A stretch of 64,000 nt of DNA. It comes from Nitrososphaerota archaeon. GTDB taxonomy: Archaea; Thermoproteota; Nitrososphaeria; Nitrososphaerales; Nitrosopumilaceae. A program made the position numbers and the translations under genes. A model generated the notes under the pieces. That model did not search any database, was not told where the DNA came from, and worked only from the letters and a program-made list of their open reading frames with translations. Positions 1 through 9,506 of this stretch are shown piece after piece. Location of the stretch: assembly GCA_016201435.1 (NCBI GenBank), contig JACQCT010000037.1:14908-78907 (forward strand), written 5' to 3'. Each line of letters begins with the position of its first letter. Within the stretch, counting starts at the first letter, position 1.

Positions 1-154
1 CAAAACTTCCAAACCAAACTATGGCATAATAGTAAGTTGGATCATTCTGTTCGAATACGACTTCACTTAGAATTGATGCGGTGCCCACAGATATTGAAAC
101 GCCAATAAAAAGAAGCCCAAATGCACGCCTTACTTCAAGCGGAGTTTGTTGCAT
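1..154 (-). CDS. Membrane protein, 5' part only (runs off the window edge)
   Basis: Manual translation from ATG at 154: MQQTPLEVRRAFGLLFIGVSISVGTASILSEVVFEQNDPTYYYAIVWFGSF..., open to the edge, hydrophobic segments. Confidence 0.6.
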   Translation of the reverse strand, partial: MQQTPLEVRRAFGLLFIGVSISVGTASILSEVVFEQNDPTYYYAIVWFGSF

Positions 155-233
155 AAAGAATAATCGATTTTACTTTTATGATAATTTAAAAGTTTAAAAT
201 TTGAAAAATTTGTTAAATGAACTAGAATAAGGA

Positions 234-713
234 TTATTTCTCGTTATCATCATACATGTCTGCCCAATGTGTTCTTTCTTCCATCTTTAAACCAGTATTA
301 ACGCCTTCGGCTTTTATTTTTATGAATTCAACTGCTCTTTCTGTCTCGGTTTGTATGTCTTTAGTAATTTTTCCGCCCATAAGGCCTGCCATTCCTGTGA
401 ATTTATAATTTAATACGGCTTCAAGATAAGTAGTATTATTTTTTGAAGTAAGAAAGATATCCTTTGTACCCTTGATTGTTCCCTTGGTCCACTCCGTATG
501 TATTTGTTGATTTGGATACAGCGTAATTGTTTGGAGGCATTTATTGATCTTGGCAAGTAAGACTTCACGTTTTACTACGTTATTTTCGTGAGAAATGTTT
601 CTTATCGATGTAATAGCCGTCCAAAACTTGGAATCATTATCAAGGTCAGATATGACTTCCCAGACCTTGTCTACTGGTGCATTAATCTCAATAGCCGCTT
701 TTATTTCGACCAT
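234..713 (-). CDS. SRPBCC/START (polyketide cyclase-like) domain protein
   Basis: N-terminal IEINAPVDKVWEVISD motif typical of SRPBCC; 159 aa. Confidence 0.8.
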   Translation of the reverse strand: MVEIKAAIEINAPVDKVWEVISDLDNDSKFWTAITSIRNISHENNVVKREVLLAKINKCLQTITLYPNQQIHTEWTKGTIKGTKDIFLTSKNNTTYLEAVLNYKFTGMAGLMGGKITKDIQTETERAVEFIKIKAEGVNTGLKMEERTHWADMYDDNEK

Positions 714-811
714 GTAGTTATGGATTCACTTACATGATATATGTTTTGATTAGCAAAATGTACCAAGTTTCAATTCGCTGGGTTTATTAAAATTCAAGAT
801 AGTCTGATCTT

Positions 812-1387
812 GTGAGTTATTCAAAAAAACCACTTGTTGGAATAATCATGGGCTCAAGTTCAGACAGCAAAATAATGAAGGAGGCAGCTACTGTCTTAGA
901 TGAATTCAAAGTAAAACATGAAGATCAAATAGTCTCTGCTCACAGAACACCAACAAGGTTATCAGACTATGCAAAACATGCTGAAAAAAACGGATTCAAA
1001 GTCATAATTGCGGGAGCCGGAGGTTCAGCACATCTTCCAGGAATGATTGCGTCTCACACCATCATTCCAGTAATAGGTGTACCAATAATGGTGTATAACG
1101 ACAAGTCTAGTAATTCTGATCGCTTCAAGTTCTCTGCGTTTGGTGGATTGGACTCACTTTTGTCCATATCGGAGATGCCAACAGGTTCTCCAGTTGTAAC
1201 TGTTGGAGTAAACAAGGCTACAAATGCAGGACTATATGCTCTGAAAATACTTGCTAATGAGTTCAACGATCTTCAAAGAAAACTAAAACAACACAAACAA
1301 AAACAACATCATTCGGTTCTTAAAGAATCTGACGAATTAAAAAAACTGGGATTAACTAGGTTTACAAATAAAAAATTCAAGAAATAG
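812..1387 (+). CDS. purE: N5-CAIR mutase PurE
   Basis: IIMGSSSD, SAHRTP, IAGAGGSAHLPGM and PVIGVP motifs. Confidence 0.97.
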   Translation: MSYSKKPLVGIIMGSSSDSKIMKEAATVLDEFKVKHEDQIVSAHRTPTRLSDYAKHAEKNGFKVIIAGAGGSAHLPGMIASHTIIPVIGVPIMVYNDKSSNSDRFKFSAFGGLDSLLSISEMPTGSPVVTVGVNKATNAGLYALKILANEFNDLQRKLKQHKQKQHHSVLKESDELKKLGLTRFTNKKFKK

Positions 1388-1420
1388 ATTATCTTTTAAT
1401 TACATGTTAGATCAAGATCT

Positions 1421-1969
1421 ATGATGGAAATTAAAGAAATATTATACAATGCTATCAGAAATTATCAAGAACACAGAATAATATCAGATATTGCACAAGG
1501 TGATAGTACACAGACAATAAACACATTATGTAATGAATGCATGCCTGTTCTTGAAAAATTAGAGGGCATAAAATCTGAGAAAACAGTCTCTTTTGCCGAA
1601 GGACTAATTCATTATTTGTTAACAGTAGCACTAATTCCAAGCCAAAGAAAAGTCGTGTTTGCTTCAGTAGGTGTAGACGTAGTCATTCCAGACGTCTCTA
1701 CTCTTTCCTCAATACCAGAAAATGCACTTGTAATAGCATTTCCAAAAACAAACGATCCTGTATCAATAAAGAAGAGGGTCATGGAATTAACACAGATTCA
1801 GCCACATAAAGAAAATATATGGTTTGTTCTAGAAAATGATTTGCCATTAGAAGTAAAAACATACAAGATTGATAACAGTGAGAAGGAACCATTTACGAAT
1901 ATCATAAATGATATCATTTGGTTTACCTCAAATAGAAAGCAATCAAAACTTAAAATTTTTAAGATATAA
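1421..1969 (+). CDS. Hypothetical protein
   Basis: 182-aa ORF with normal composition; no recognised motif. Confidence 0.75.
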   Translation: MMEIKEILYNAIRNYQEHRIISDIAQGDSTQTINTLCNECMPVLEKLEGIKSEKTVSFAEGLIHYLLTVALIPSQRKVVFASVGVDVVIPDVSTLSSIPENALVIAFPKTNDPVSIKKRVMELTQIQPHKENIWFVLENDLPLEVKTYKIDNSEKEPFTNIINDIIWFTSNRKQSKLKIFKI

Positions 1970-2651
1970 GAGATCTCACACTAACATATTTGTCAACATA
2001 TTCAATTAACTTTTCAGTATTATTCAAATCCTTGATAAAAGGAATTGTACCTAAGATTGGAACATTGGTAAGTTCGTAAAGTGTTGATGGTGAATTTTTT
2101 TCTGCAGGAGTTCCTTTCTCATCAAAATTATTTATGACAAGACCGCGGATCTTAATTCCATAATCTTTACACATTTTACATGTCATGACAGTATGATTTA
2201 ATGTTCCAATTGTTGCTCTTGTCACAATAATAGCCTCTATGTCCATTCCCTTTATCATATCAGCTATAAAGAAATTTTTTGTAATAGGAGTCATAATTCC
2301 ACCAATTCCTTCAACTAACAGTATTTGATGCATTGACAGCAATTTTTTAAATTGATCAAAAATTAATGGTATGTCAACAGATAATTCCAAAAGTTTTGTT
2401 GCATCATAGGGGGAAGTTGGAAGTGGAAGAAATACTGGATTTATTAGATTTTCAGGATCTTTTATGAAAGTGGCCTCAACAAGTTTAGCAACATCAGATG
2501 ATTTGAAACCCGTTTTGTTTGGATATCCAGTAGCAATTGGTTTCATTATCCCAACATCTATGCCTAACTTACGCATGGAACCGGCAAGTCCAGCCGTGAT
2601 TGAGGTTTTTCCAACCCCGGTGTCTGTGCCTGTTATAAAATAGGCCTTCAC
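1959..2651 (-). CDS. bioD: Dethiobiotin synthase
   Basis: FITGTDTGVGKT P-loop, KPIATG, VEGIGG, GTLNHT. Confidence 0.97.
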   Translation of the reverse strand: MKAYFITGTDTGVGKTSITAGLAGSMRKLGIDVGIMKPIATGYPNKTGFKSSDVAKLVEATFIKDPENLINPVFLPLPTSPYDATKLLELSVDIPLIFDQFKKLLSMHQILLVEGIGGIMTPITKNFFIADMIKGMDIEAIIVTRATIGTLNHTVMTCKMCKDYGIKIRGLVINNFDEKGTPAEKNSPSTLYELTNVPILGTIPFIKDLNNTEKLIEYVDKYVSVRSLIS

Positions 2652-2723
2652 AGAAGACGATTATCATCGTTCCTTAATAATTCACCGTACCATTATTATT
2701 GCCAAAGTTAGAATTTTCACTGA

Positions 2724-4043
2724 TTGAATTCCAAAGATTTTGTGTGGCATCCATATACACAGATGAACGAGTGGAAAAAATTCGATGTCATAACAAAAGG
2801 TGATGGTATGTGGCTTATAGATTCAAAGGGAAACAAACTCCTCGACGGGGTAGCAAGCATGTGGTGCAATGTATGGGGTCACTCTAAAAAAGAATTAGTT
2901 AATGCAATGATAAAACAAACAAAAAAACTACAACACTCATCATTGTTTAATCTTACAAATGATCAAGCAGAGTTACTTGGAGAAAAACTTGTCAAGATTT
3001 CTCCTGGAATGAACAAAGTGTTTTATTCTGACGATGGTTCTACTGCGATGGAAATTGCAATCAAGATGGCAATTCAATATTGGCAAAACATTGGAAAAAA
3101 AAATAAAATAAAATTTGTCACGTTAGATAATGGATATCATGGAGACACTATAGGTGCAATGTCAATTGGTTATGTTCCAACTTTTTTTTCAAAATTTAAA
3201 AATATACTATTTCCTGTAATTAAAACACCAACACCTCATAAATATAGAATGCCAAAAAAATACACTTACGAAGAATATCAGGAATATTGTCTTGAAAAAA
3301 TAGAAAAAATATTTGTAAAAAATAATGATCTTGCCGCATTTGTAATGGAAAGCGGTGCACAGATTGCCGGCGGTGTAATAATTTATCCACCTGAATTTCA
3401 GAAAAAAATAAGCCAGTTATGTAAAAAACATGAGGTGCTTTTTATTTTAGATGAGGTTGCAACAGGTTTTGGAAGATTAGGTTCATTTATAGAATATCAC
3501 GCCCAAAAAAGCATTCCAGACATAGTCGCATATGGAAAAATGCTTACTGGTGGATATTTGCCACTTGCAGCCACTTTGACTAGCCAAAAAATATACGATT
3601 CCTATCTTGGAAGTTATGAGGATATGAGGCATTTCTTTCATGGTCATACTTTTACTGGAAATCCTCTTGCTTGTGCCACTGCCCTTACAAATCTTGAACT
3701 ATATGATAAAAATAACCTAATTTCAAAAAATAAAATTAAATCAAGACAATTTGAAAAACGAGTTGGTGAGATTTCTAATTTAAGCATCGTAGGAGATGTG
3801 CGACACAAAGGCATGCTCATGGCAATTGAACTTGTAAGCAATAAAAATAAAAAAACTCCAATTAGTCTAGACAAAAAAATACATCAAAAAATTTTTGTGG
3901 AAGCTAAAAAACACAAAATTTACTTGCGAACATTAGGTCATATTATGATGCTTGTACCACCGCTTGCAATATCTGAAAAAGAATTGGAATTCTTACTTGA
4001 TGGTACAATTGATATAATAAAAAAAGTCACGAAGGATGTTTGA
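2724..4043 (+). CDS. bioA: DAPA aminotransferase (SAM:KAPA aminotransferase)
   Basis: WHPYTQ, SMWCNVWGH, GYHGDT, DEVATGFGR, GKMLTGGY, HGHTFTGNP. Confidence 0.96.
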   Translation: MNSKDFVWHPYTQMNEWKKFDVITKGDGMWLIDSKGNKLLDGVASMWCNVWGHSKKELVNAMIKQTKKLQHSSLFNLTNDQAELLGEKLVKISPGMNKVFYSDDGSTAMEIAIKMAIQYWQNIGKKNKIKFVTLDNGYHGDTIGAMSIGYVPTFFSKFKNILFPVIKTPTPHKYRMPKKYTYEEYQEYCLEKIEKIFVKNNDLAAFVMESGAQIAGGVIIYPPEFQKKISQLCKKHEVLFILDEVATGFGRLGSFIEYHAQKSIPDIVAYGKMLTGGYLPLAATLTSQKIYDSYLGSYEDMRHFFHGHTFTGNPLACATALTNLELYDKNNLISKNKIKSRQFEKRVGEISNLSIVGDVRHKGMLMAIELVSNKNKKTPISLDKKIHQKIFVEAKKHKIYLRTLGHIMMLVPPLAISEKELEFLLDGTIDIIKKVTKDV

Positions 4044-4048
4044 GAAAA

Positions 4049-4264
4049 TTATCTCCTTCGCGCTCGTCTAAGTTTCATTTCGAGCTCCCTTATTCTGCGG
4101 TTGCGTACTGCAACAGACAGTTTCAGTCTGTTTCCTTCACGCCTTGCCATATCATGTGCTCTTCTAGCTCTGTTCAATGATGCACGAACCGTTATCATTT
4201 GTTTGCGTGTTGGCGCAGGCTTAGCTCGTCTCTTTGCATTTCTTGATCGTCTTTTAGAAGCCAT
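4049..4264 (-). CDS. Small, extremely Arg-rich basic protein
   Basis: 71 aa, 22 Arg + 6 Lys by manual count; ATG start; fills the gap after bioA. Confidence 0.7.
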   Translation of the reverse strand: MASKRRSRNAKRRAKPAPTRKQMITVRASLNRARRAHDMARREGNRLKLSVAVRNRRIRELEMKLRRARRR

Positions 4265-4366
4265 GCAAAACCTGCAATGAGGAAATAATTAAGCATGACG
4301 CAGTAATTGATTTTATTCAGATACATTTTAACATGATGTGCACGTATTTATGAGATAGATCTAACA

Positions 4367-4525
4367 ATGCCACAGATCCGTACATGTCCAATTTGTAAAA
4401 AAGTGTTGCAGACAAATGAGATGCATAACTGCACACAGCAGGATTCAGAATTTATAATCTGCAATAAATGTGGACAAAAGTACAAAGCGTGGCAAGGACA
4501 CATTTGCCCTACTATGATCAAGTGA
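4367..4525 (+). CDS. 52-aa double CxxC...HxC zinc-finger microprotein (not in ORF track)
   Basis: Manual translation MPQIRTCPICKKVLQTNEMHNCTQQDSEFIICNKCGQKYKAWQGHICPTMIK*; two CxxC-x9-HxC units. Confidence 0.75.
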   Translation: MPQIRTCPICKKVLQTNEMHNCTQQDSEFIICNKCGQKYKAWQGHICPTMIK

Positions 4526-4560
4526 ATCTCTTATACGTATTATAATAACAATGAAAAAAG

Positions 4561-4591
4561 CGTAAACCAATTAGATTTTAGCGGTTTACAA
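4561..4591. promoter_or_regulatory. Putative BirA (biotin repressor) operator upstream of bioB-bioF
   Basis: cGTAAACC-N14-GGTTTACaa inverted repeat about 40 bp before bioB; arms match the E. coli bioO core TGTAAACC...GGTTTACA. Confidence 0.75.
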
Positions 4592-4625
4592 TCACAATAA
4601 TCTTATTAATGGAGTCAGAAAAACA

Positions 4626-5612
4626 GTGATTATGAATTCAGAGCATGTATTGATCATGCAATGCAAGCAAAAAATTCTATCCGGACAAAAAATTAATGCT
4701 GACGAAGCTGCATCACTTATCAATGTATCTGAAGAATCATTACAATTTCTATCAGACGCCGCAAATGAGATTACAAGGAAATTTAATGGAAATACGATAG
4801 ATGTAGAGACTTTAATTAACGCAAAAAAAGGCACCTGTCCTGAAGATTGTTCTTTTTGTTCCCAATCTGGATTTTATAAAACTGGTATTGACACATACAA
4901 ACTATTGTCAACCGAGACCATAATGGAAAATGCAAAAATTGCAAAAGAAAACGGAGTTAAAAGTTTCTGCCTTGTATGCGCATGGCGAGGACCTTCTGAA
5001 AAAGATTTTGAGCAAATCTGCGAAATAATCAAAAAAGTAAACTCTGAAGTAGGAATCGAAGTAAATTGCTCACTTGGATTCATTAATGAGGAAATGGCTG
5101 TACGTCTCAAAGAACTTCATATAAAAAGATACAATCACAATTTAGAGGCTGCAAGAAGTTTCTTTTCAAAAATATGCACTACACACACATATCAGGAAAG
5201 AATGGACACAAATAAAATAATTAAAAAAATAGGTCTTGAGCTTTGTTGTGGTGGAATTATTGGCATGGGCGAAACCAGAATGCAAAGAATAGAGCTTGGT
5301 CTTGATTTAGCAGATCTAAGCCCAGAAGAATGCCCAATTAACATTCTAGTTCCACAAAAAGGAACTCCGCTTGAGCTTCAAACAAAATTATCACTTTCAG
5401 AAATACTTCGTACAATAGCTGTATTTAGATTTTTAATGCCAAAAACGATACTAAAAATAGCAGGTGGTCGAGAAGTTCACCTTGCAAACGAACAAGAAAA
5501 AGTTCTTCTGGGAGGTGCAAACGGAATCATAACTGGCGGATATCTGACTATTGGTGGAAACACAGCTTATGAAGATATGCAAATGATCTCAAAAATGGGT
5601 CTTGAAACATAA
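4626..5612 (+). CDS. bioB: Biotin synthase (radical SAM); start may be ATG 4632
   Basis: CPEDCSFCSQS radical SAM motif, YNHNLE, CCGGIIGMGE, PINIL, AGGRE. Confidence 0.97.
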   Translation: MIMNSEHVLIMQCKQKILSGQKINADEAASLINVSEESLQFLSDAANEITRKFNGNTIDVETLINAKKGTCPEDCSFCSQSGFYKTGIDTYKLLSTETIMENAKIAKENGVKSFCLVCAWRGPSEKDFEQICEIIKKVNSEVGIEVNCSLGFINEEMAVRLKELHIKRYNHNLEAARSFFSKICTTHTYQERMDTNKIIKKIGLELCCGGIIGMGETRMQRIELGLDLADLSPEECPINILVPQKGTPLELQTKLSLSEILRTIAVFRFLMPKTILKIAGGREVHLANEQEKVLLGGANGIITGGYLTIGGNTAYEDMQMISKMGLET

Positions 5613-6732
5613 ATTTGATTTTGTAAATGAAACCCTTGAGAAAATAAAAACAAGGAATCTTTACAGAAAACTACAAGATAATCGCGTGCAAGGATCATAC
5701 ATAATATTTAATAAAAAAAAACTTGTCAACCTTTGTTCAAATGATTATCTTGGACTAGGTAATAACGAAATTCCAAATATGCAATTGCAATCAAGCTCGC
5801 GACTCGTTGCAGGAAATGACATATCCTTTAGTATATTAGAAAAAAAACTTGCCCATCATAAATCCCAAGAATCAGCACTCATATTTCCTACAGGATACAT
5901 GACTAATCTTGGTTCAATACCACCACTTACACAAAAAGGAGACCTAATTCTCAGTGATGAGTTAAATCATGCAAGCATAATCGACGCGTGTAGGCTTTCT
6001 GGGGCAAGAATAGTCATTTACAAACATAATGATGTTATCGATCTAGAGAAAAAGATTCGACAGAAAGCGGATCGCAAGTTCATAGTTACAGAAGGCATCT
6101 TTAGCATGAATGGTGATTTTGCAGAATTAAAGAAGATTTCAGAGATTGCAAATAAGAACAATGCAACATTTGTCTTAGATGACGCACATGGTGATTTTGT
6201 AACAGGTCGTGATGGAAAAGGTTCTGCAGAATATTTTGGTGTTGCAAATAAGATCGATGTCTATGTCAGCAGTCTAAGTAAGGGTCTGGGAGCTTTTGGA
6301 GGATATGTTGCAACAAGATCTGAAATAAGAGAACTTGTTATAAACACATCTAGGCCTTTTATCTATACTTCAGCATTGCCAAGTTTTCTTGTAGAGCTTG
6401 CACTACAGCGATTTTCTTCTAAACGTGAAAAACAGAGAAAGAAGCTCTGGAATAATATCAAAATGATACAAAAAGGACTTGATTCCATTGGATATACTTT
6501 CAATTCGTTTAGCCACATAATTCCGATCATAATAGGTTCTGAAAAGAAAGTAATGGAATTTGGCAAATATTTGTTTGATAACGGCATATTTGCGCAGCCA
6601 ATCAGATATCCTACAGTAGCACTAGGTTCAGCTAGAATAAGAATTTCTGTTACAGCGTTACTTGCAAAAGAAGATATTGAAAAATCAATAGGTGTATTTG
6701 AATCTGCTGGCAAAAAATTTGGAATTCTATAA
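5602..6732 (+). CDS. bioF: 8-amino-7-oxononanoate synthase
   Basis: SNDYLGL, SDELNHASIID, DDAHG, SLSKGLG, IRYPTV; overlaps bioB. Confidence 0.93.
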   Translation: MKHKFDFVNETLEKIKTRNLYRKLQDNRVQGSYIIFNKKKLVNLCSNDYLGLGNNEIPNMQLQSSSRLVAGNDISFSILEKKLAHHKSQESALIFPTGYMTNLGSIPPLTQKGDLILSDELNHASIIDACRLSGARIVIYKHNDVIDLEKKIRQKADRKFIVTEGIFSMNGDFAELKKISEIANKNNATFVLDDAHGDFVTGRDGKGSAEYFGVANKIDVYVSSLSKGLGAFGGYVATRSEIRELVINTSRPFIYTSALPSFLVELALQRFSSKREKQRKKLWNNIKMIQKGLDSIGYTFNSFSHIIPIIIGSEKKVMEFGKYLFDNGIFAQPIRYPTVALGSARIRISVTALLAKEDIEKSIGVFESAGKKFGIL

Positions 6733-6795
6733 AATCAATACAATTTGGTATAGATTTGGAATAACGCATTAATAACAAAACAGCAAAATCAAATC

Positions 6796-7527
6796 ATGGC
6801 AGACATTGGAATAGGCATAGCAGCATTAGCAGGTCTTGGTTCATTTCTTGCTCCTTGCATATTACCTATGATACCTGCATTTTTGGCATATATTTCTGGA
6901 AGCACATTGACTGATCTTCAAAGAAATAATGGAACTGTCAACATAGTTACAAGTAGAATAAACATTTTGCTCAATACGATTTTCTTTGTTCTTGGATTTT
7001 CAGTTGTCTTTTCTGTTATTGGTGTGATTTTAAATAGTGTTTTATCAAATAGTGCAGGAAACATTCTTGCTGGATTCAATCATTTAGGAGGAATCATAAT
7101 AATTGCGTTTGGTGTGTTCATGTTGTTATCTACTAAACTTAAAAATCTAAATTTTGAAAAAAAGTTTCTTCCAAATAGAACAAAAGCAAGTTACCCAATG
7201 TCATTTCTTTTTGGATTGGCATTTGCAACAGGTTGGACTCCATGTATTGGACCAATTTTAGGCAGCATACTTACACTAGCTGCAACATCTCCCGGTCATG
7301 CATTTACTTTATTACTTGCTTATTCACTAGGATTAGGAATCCCATTTCTTTTGATGGGAATTTTCTTTTCTAGATTTACAAGAATCATAAAAGCAATGAG
7401 TAAACATTTGAAATATTATTCAGTAATTATGGGCTCATTCATTATTCTATTAGGATTTCTAGTATTTACAAACCAGCTTGCGGCCATTGCAAGTTTCCCA
7501 CTTTTGAACAATTTATTGCTAGGATGA
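6796..7527 (+). CDS. ccdA: CcdA/DsbD-type transmembrane electron transporter
   Basis: PCILP and WTPCIGP Cys motifs; about 6 TM segments. Confidence 0.9.
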   Translation: MADIGIGIAALAGLGSFLAPCILPMIPAFLAYISGSTLTDLQRNNGTVNIVTSRINILLNTIFFVLGFSVVFSVIGVILNSVLSNSAGNILAGFNHLGGIIIIAFGVFMLLSTKLKNLNFEKKFLPNRTKASYPMSFLFGLAFATGWTPCIGPILGSILTLAATSPGHAFTLLLAYSLGLGIPFLLMGIFFSRFTRIIKAMSKHLKYYSVIMGSFIILLGFLVFTNQLAAIASFPLLNNLLLG

Positions 7528-7531
7528 TAAT

Positions 7532-8701
7532 ATGAAATCAGAAATTAAAAGCGCAATCATAGTTGGAATTATAGTAGTGATTACAATCGCTGCAATAGGC
7601 ACATATTTTAGTTCATTAGACATGCCAAAACCAGTATCTACGCCTATTCAATCAAATATTCAGACTATAAACAAAACAGCGCAAACAAATGATAACCCCC
7701 TTACACAAACCACAACAAATACGCCTACACTTCCACCTATAGATGAGAGCCACAACTTGAAAGCTCCCGATTTAGTAGGCATATCTGGATACATCAACAC
7801 TACACCAGAAGATCTAAAGAATGCCATGAAAAACAAAGTGGTACTTTACGATTTTTGGACCTATAGTTGTATAAACTGTATCAGAACGCTTCCATATATT
7901 ACAGCATGGAATGAAAAATATGCAGACAAAGGATTACTCATAATAGGTGTGCATTCTCCAGAATTTGAATTTGAAAAAGATATTAGCAATGTAAAGGATG
8001 CAGTACAAAAATTTGGTATTAAATATCCTGTGGTACTTGATAGTGATCATCAGACATGGGCTGCATTTAGTAATCAATATTGGCCAAGAGAATACCTTAC
8101 AGACTATCAAGGATACATAAGACACGATCATATTGGTGAAGGAAATTATGATGAAACTGAAAAAGTAATTCAACAACTTTTAGATGAACGCAATAAACAT
8201 CTTGGATTGAATATTCTTGCAGATCAAGCACTTGTAAACATACCAGAACATCAATTTTCTAATTCTCAAACTTCCGAACTTTACTTTGGATATGCTTTTG
8301 CTGAAGGAAGAAACTATCTTGGAAACTCTGAAGGATTCAATCCAGGTCAAATAGTAACATATTCTTTGCCAGCTCAACAAAATAGAGACGATTATTATCT
8401 TGAAGGAAAATGGCAAAACCTTGCTGACAGTATGAAACTCGTATCAGATAACGGAAAAATAGTATTAACTTATTTTGCTAAATCAGTACACATAGTAGCA
8501 GCAAATAATTCAACTTTGCAAATTCTTCTAGATGGAAATTCAATAAAACCAGAAGATTCTGGCGACGATGTCAACGACACAATAGTTCATACATCTGAAA
8601 ACAGGTTATACAACATTGTTTCAACTAGTCAAGCAGGTTCACATACCCTTACAATCCTTGCAAAGCCAGGCTTCCAGATATACACATTTACCTTTGGCTA
8701 A
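7532..8701 (+). CDS. Membrane-anchored DipZ-like thioredoxin (TlpA/redoxin plus C-terminal beta domain)
   Basis: N-terminal TM helix, DFWTYSCINC, GVHSPEFEFEK, YWP, HIGEGNY, ends YTFTFG. Confidence 0.88.
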   Translation: MKSEIKSAIIVGIIVVITIAAIGTYFSSLDMPKPVSTPIQSNIQTINKTAQTNDNPLTQTTTNTPTLPPIDESHNLKAPDLVGISGYINTTPEDLKNAMKNKVVLYDFWTYSCINCIRTLPYITAWNEKYADKGLLIIGVHSPEFEFEKDISNVKDAVQKFGIKYPVVLDSDHQTWAAFSNQYWPREYLTDYQGYIRHDHIGEGNYDETEKVIQQLLDERNKHLGLNILADQALVNIPEHQFSNSQTSELYFGYAFAEGRNYLGNSEGFNPGQIVTYSLPAQQNRDDYYLEGKWQNLADSMKLVSDNGKIVLTYFAKSVHIVAANNSTLQILLDGNSIKPEDSGDDVNDTIVHTSENRLYNIVSTSQAGSHTLTILAKPGFQIYTFTFG

Positions 8702-8713
8702 CAGTATTCAAAA

Positions 8714-8747
8714 ATAATGTTTCTAAATTCGAATTTTGAAACATTAT
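8714..8747. repeat. 34-bp palindrome, copy 1
   Basis: ATAATGTTTCTAAATTCGAATTTTGAAACATTAT; 33/34 identical to the reverse complement of 12281-12314. Confidence 0.9.
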
Positions 8748-8864
8748 AAATCAATACGGGTAATAGTAAAAAATTGTATCCCCCCCACCTGTCACTGTGG
8801 TCACATACTTGACAAGAACAAGGCATCTTAAAACCTAAATTTTAATCACATTCAGTCAGAAATC

Positions 8865-9506
8865 ATGAACTTTGTCAATAAATGGAATCAGCAGAAAGAT
8901 AGTATATCACAGAAAGTAATTGACAAAGTAAAACCAGATACGCCACTTAAACCAAAAATTGATGAGGCGCAAAAAAGACTTCAGCTTCAAATAGTAAAAC
9001 TTGATTCCATAACAAAAAAACTTCAAGAAAAAGATGAATTTATCTTCAAAAAAGTTGTAGAGGCAGTAAAGCTTCAAAATAAACCATATTCTCAAGCTTA
9101 TGCTACAGAATTACATGAAATTAGAAAAATGAATAACATGGTAACAAGTGCAAAGCTTGCCATGGAGCAAATTCAACTCAGATTAAACACAATTTCCGAA
9201 CTTGGCGATGTAGTAGTGACATTAAGTCCATGCATGTCAATAATAAAAGGATTAAGTGCTGGGCTTGGCGGTCTAATGCCAGAAGCTAATTCATCTATGC
9301 AGGATCTCTCAAATATACTAGGAGATATCATGGCAGGAGCATCAGTCAATGGAAATACCAGCATAGCAATAGACACTACAAATGTAGATACAACTACCAT
9401 ATTGGAAGAAGCTCATGCCGTATTAGAAGGCCAGACACGCCAGACGATTCCAGATGTACCTACAACGCTTCCTTCTACCACACGTACCGAAGAACCAACT
9501 ACTTAG
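8865..9506 (+). CDS. cdvB: ESCRT-III/Snf7 family cell-division protein (CdvB paralog)
   Basis: Coiled coil with AYATELHEIRKM...LAMEQIQLRLNTISELGDVVVTLSP; C-terminal ILEEA...IPDVP MIM2-like tail. Confidence 0.88.
   Translation: MNFVNKWNQQKDSISQKVIDKVKPDTPLKPKIDEAQKRLQLQIVKLDSITKKLQEKDEFIFKKVVEAVKLQNKPYSQAYATELHEIRKMNNMVTSAKLAMEQIQLRLNTISELGDVVVTLSPCMSIIKGLSAGLGGLMPEANSSMQDLSNILGDIMAGASVNGNTSIAIDTTNVDTTTILEEAHAVLEGQTRQTIPDVPTTLPSTTRTEEPTT

Noticed and set aside
1421..1969. PD-(D/E)xK nuclease or defence gene
   Set aside because: A VDVVIPD strand is suggestive, but no (D/E)xK motif or partner methylase is visible.
8714..8747. loxP/FRT or Xer dif site identity
   Set aside because: Only the length and ATAA...TTAT ends resemble loxP; arms differ and the centre is symmetric, unlike directional spacers.
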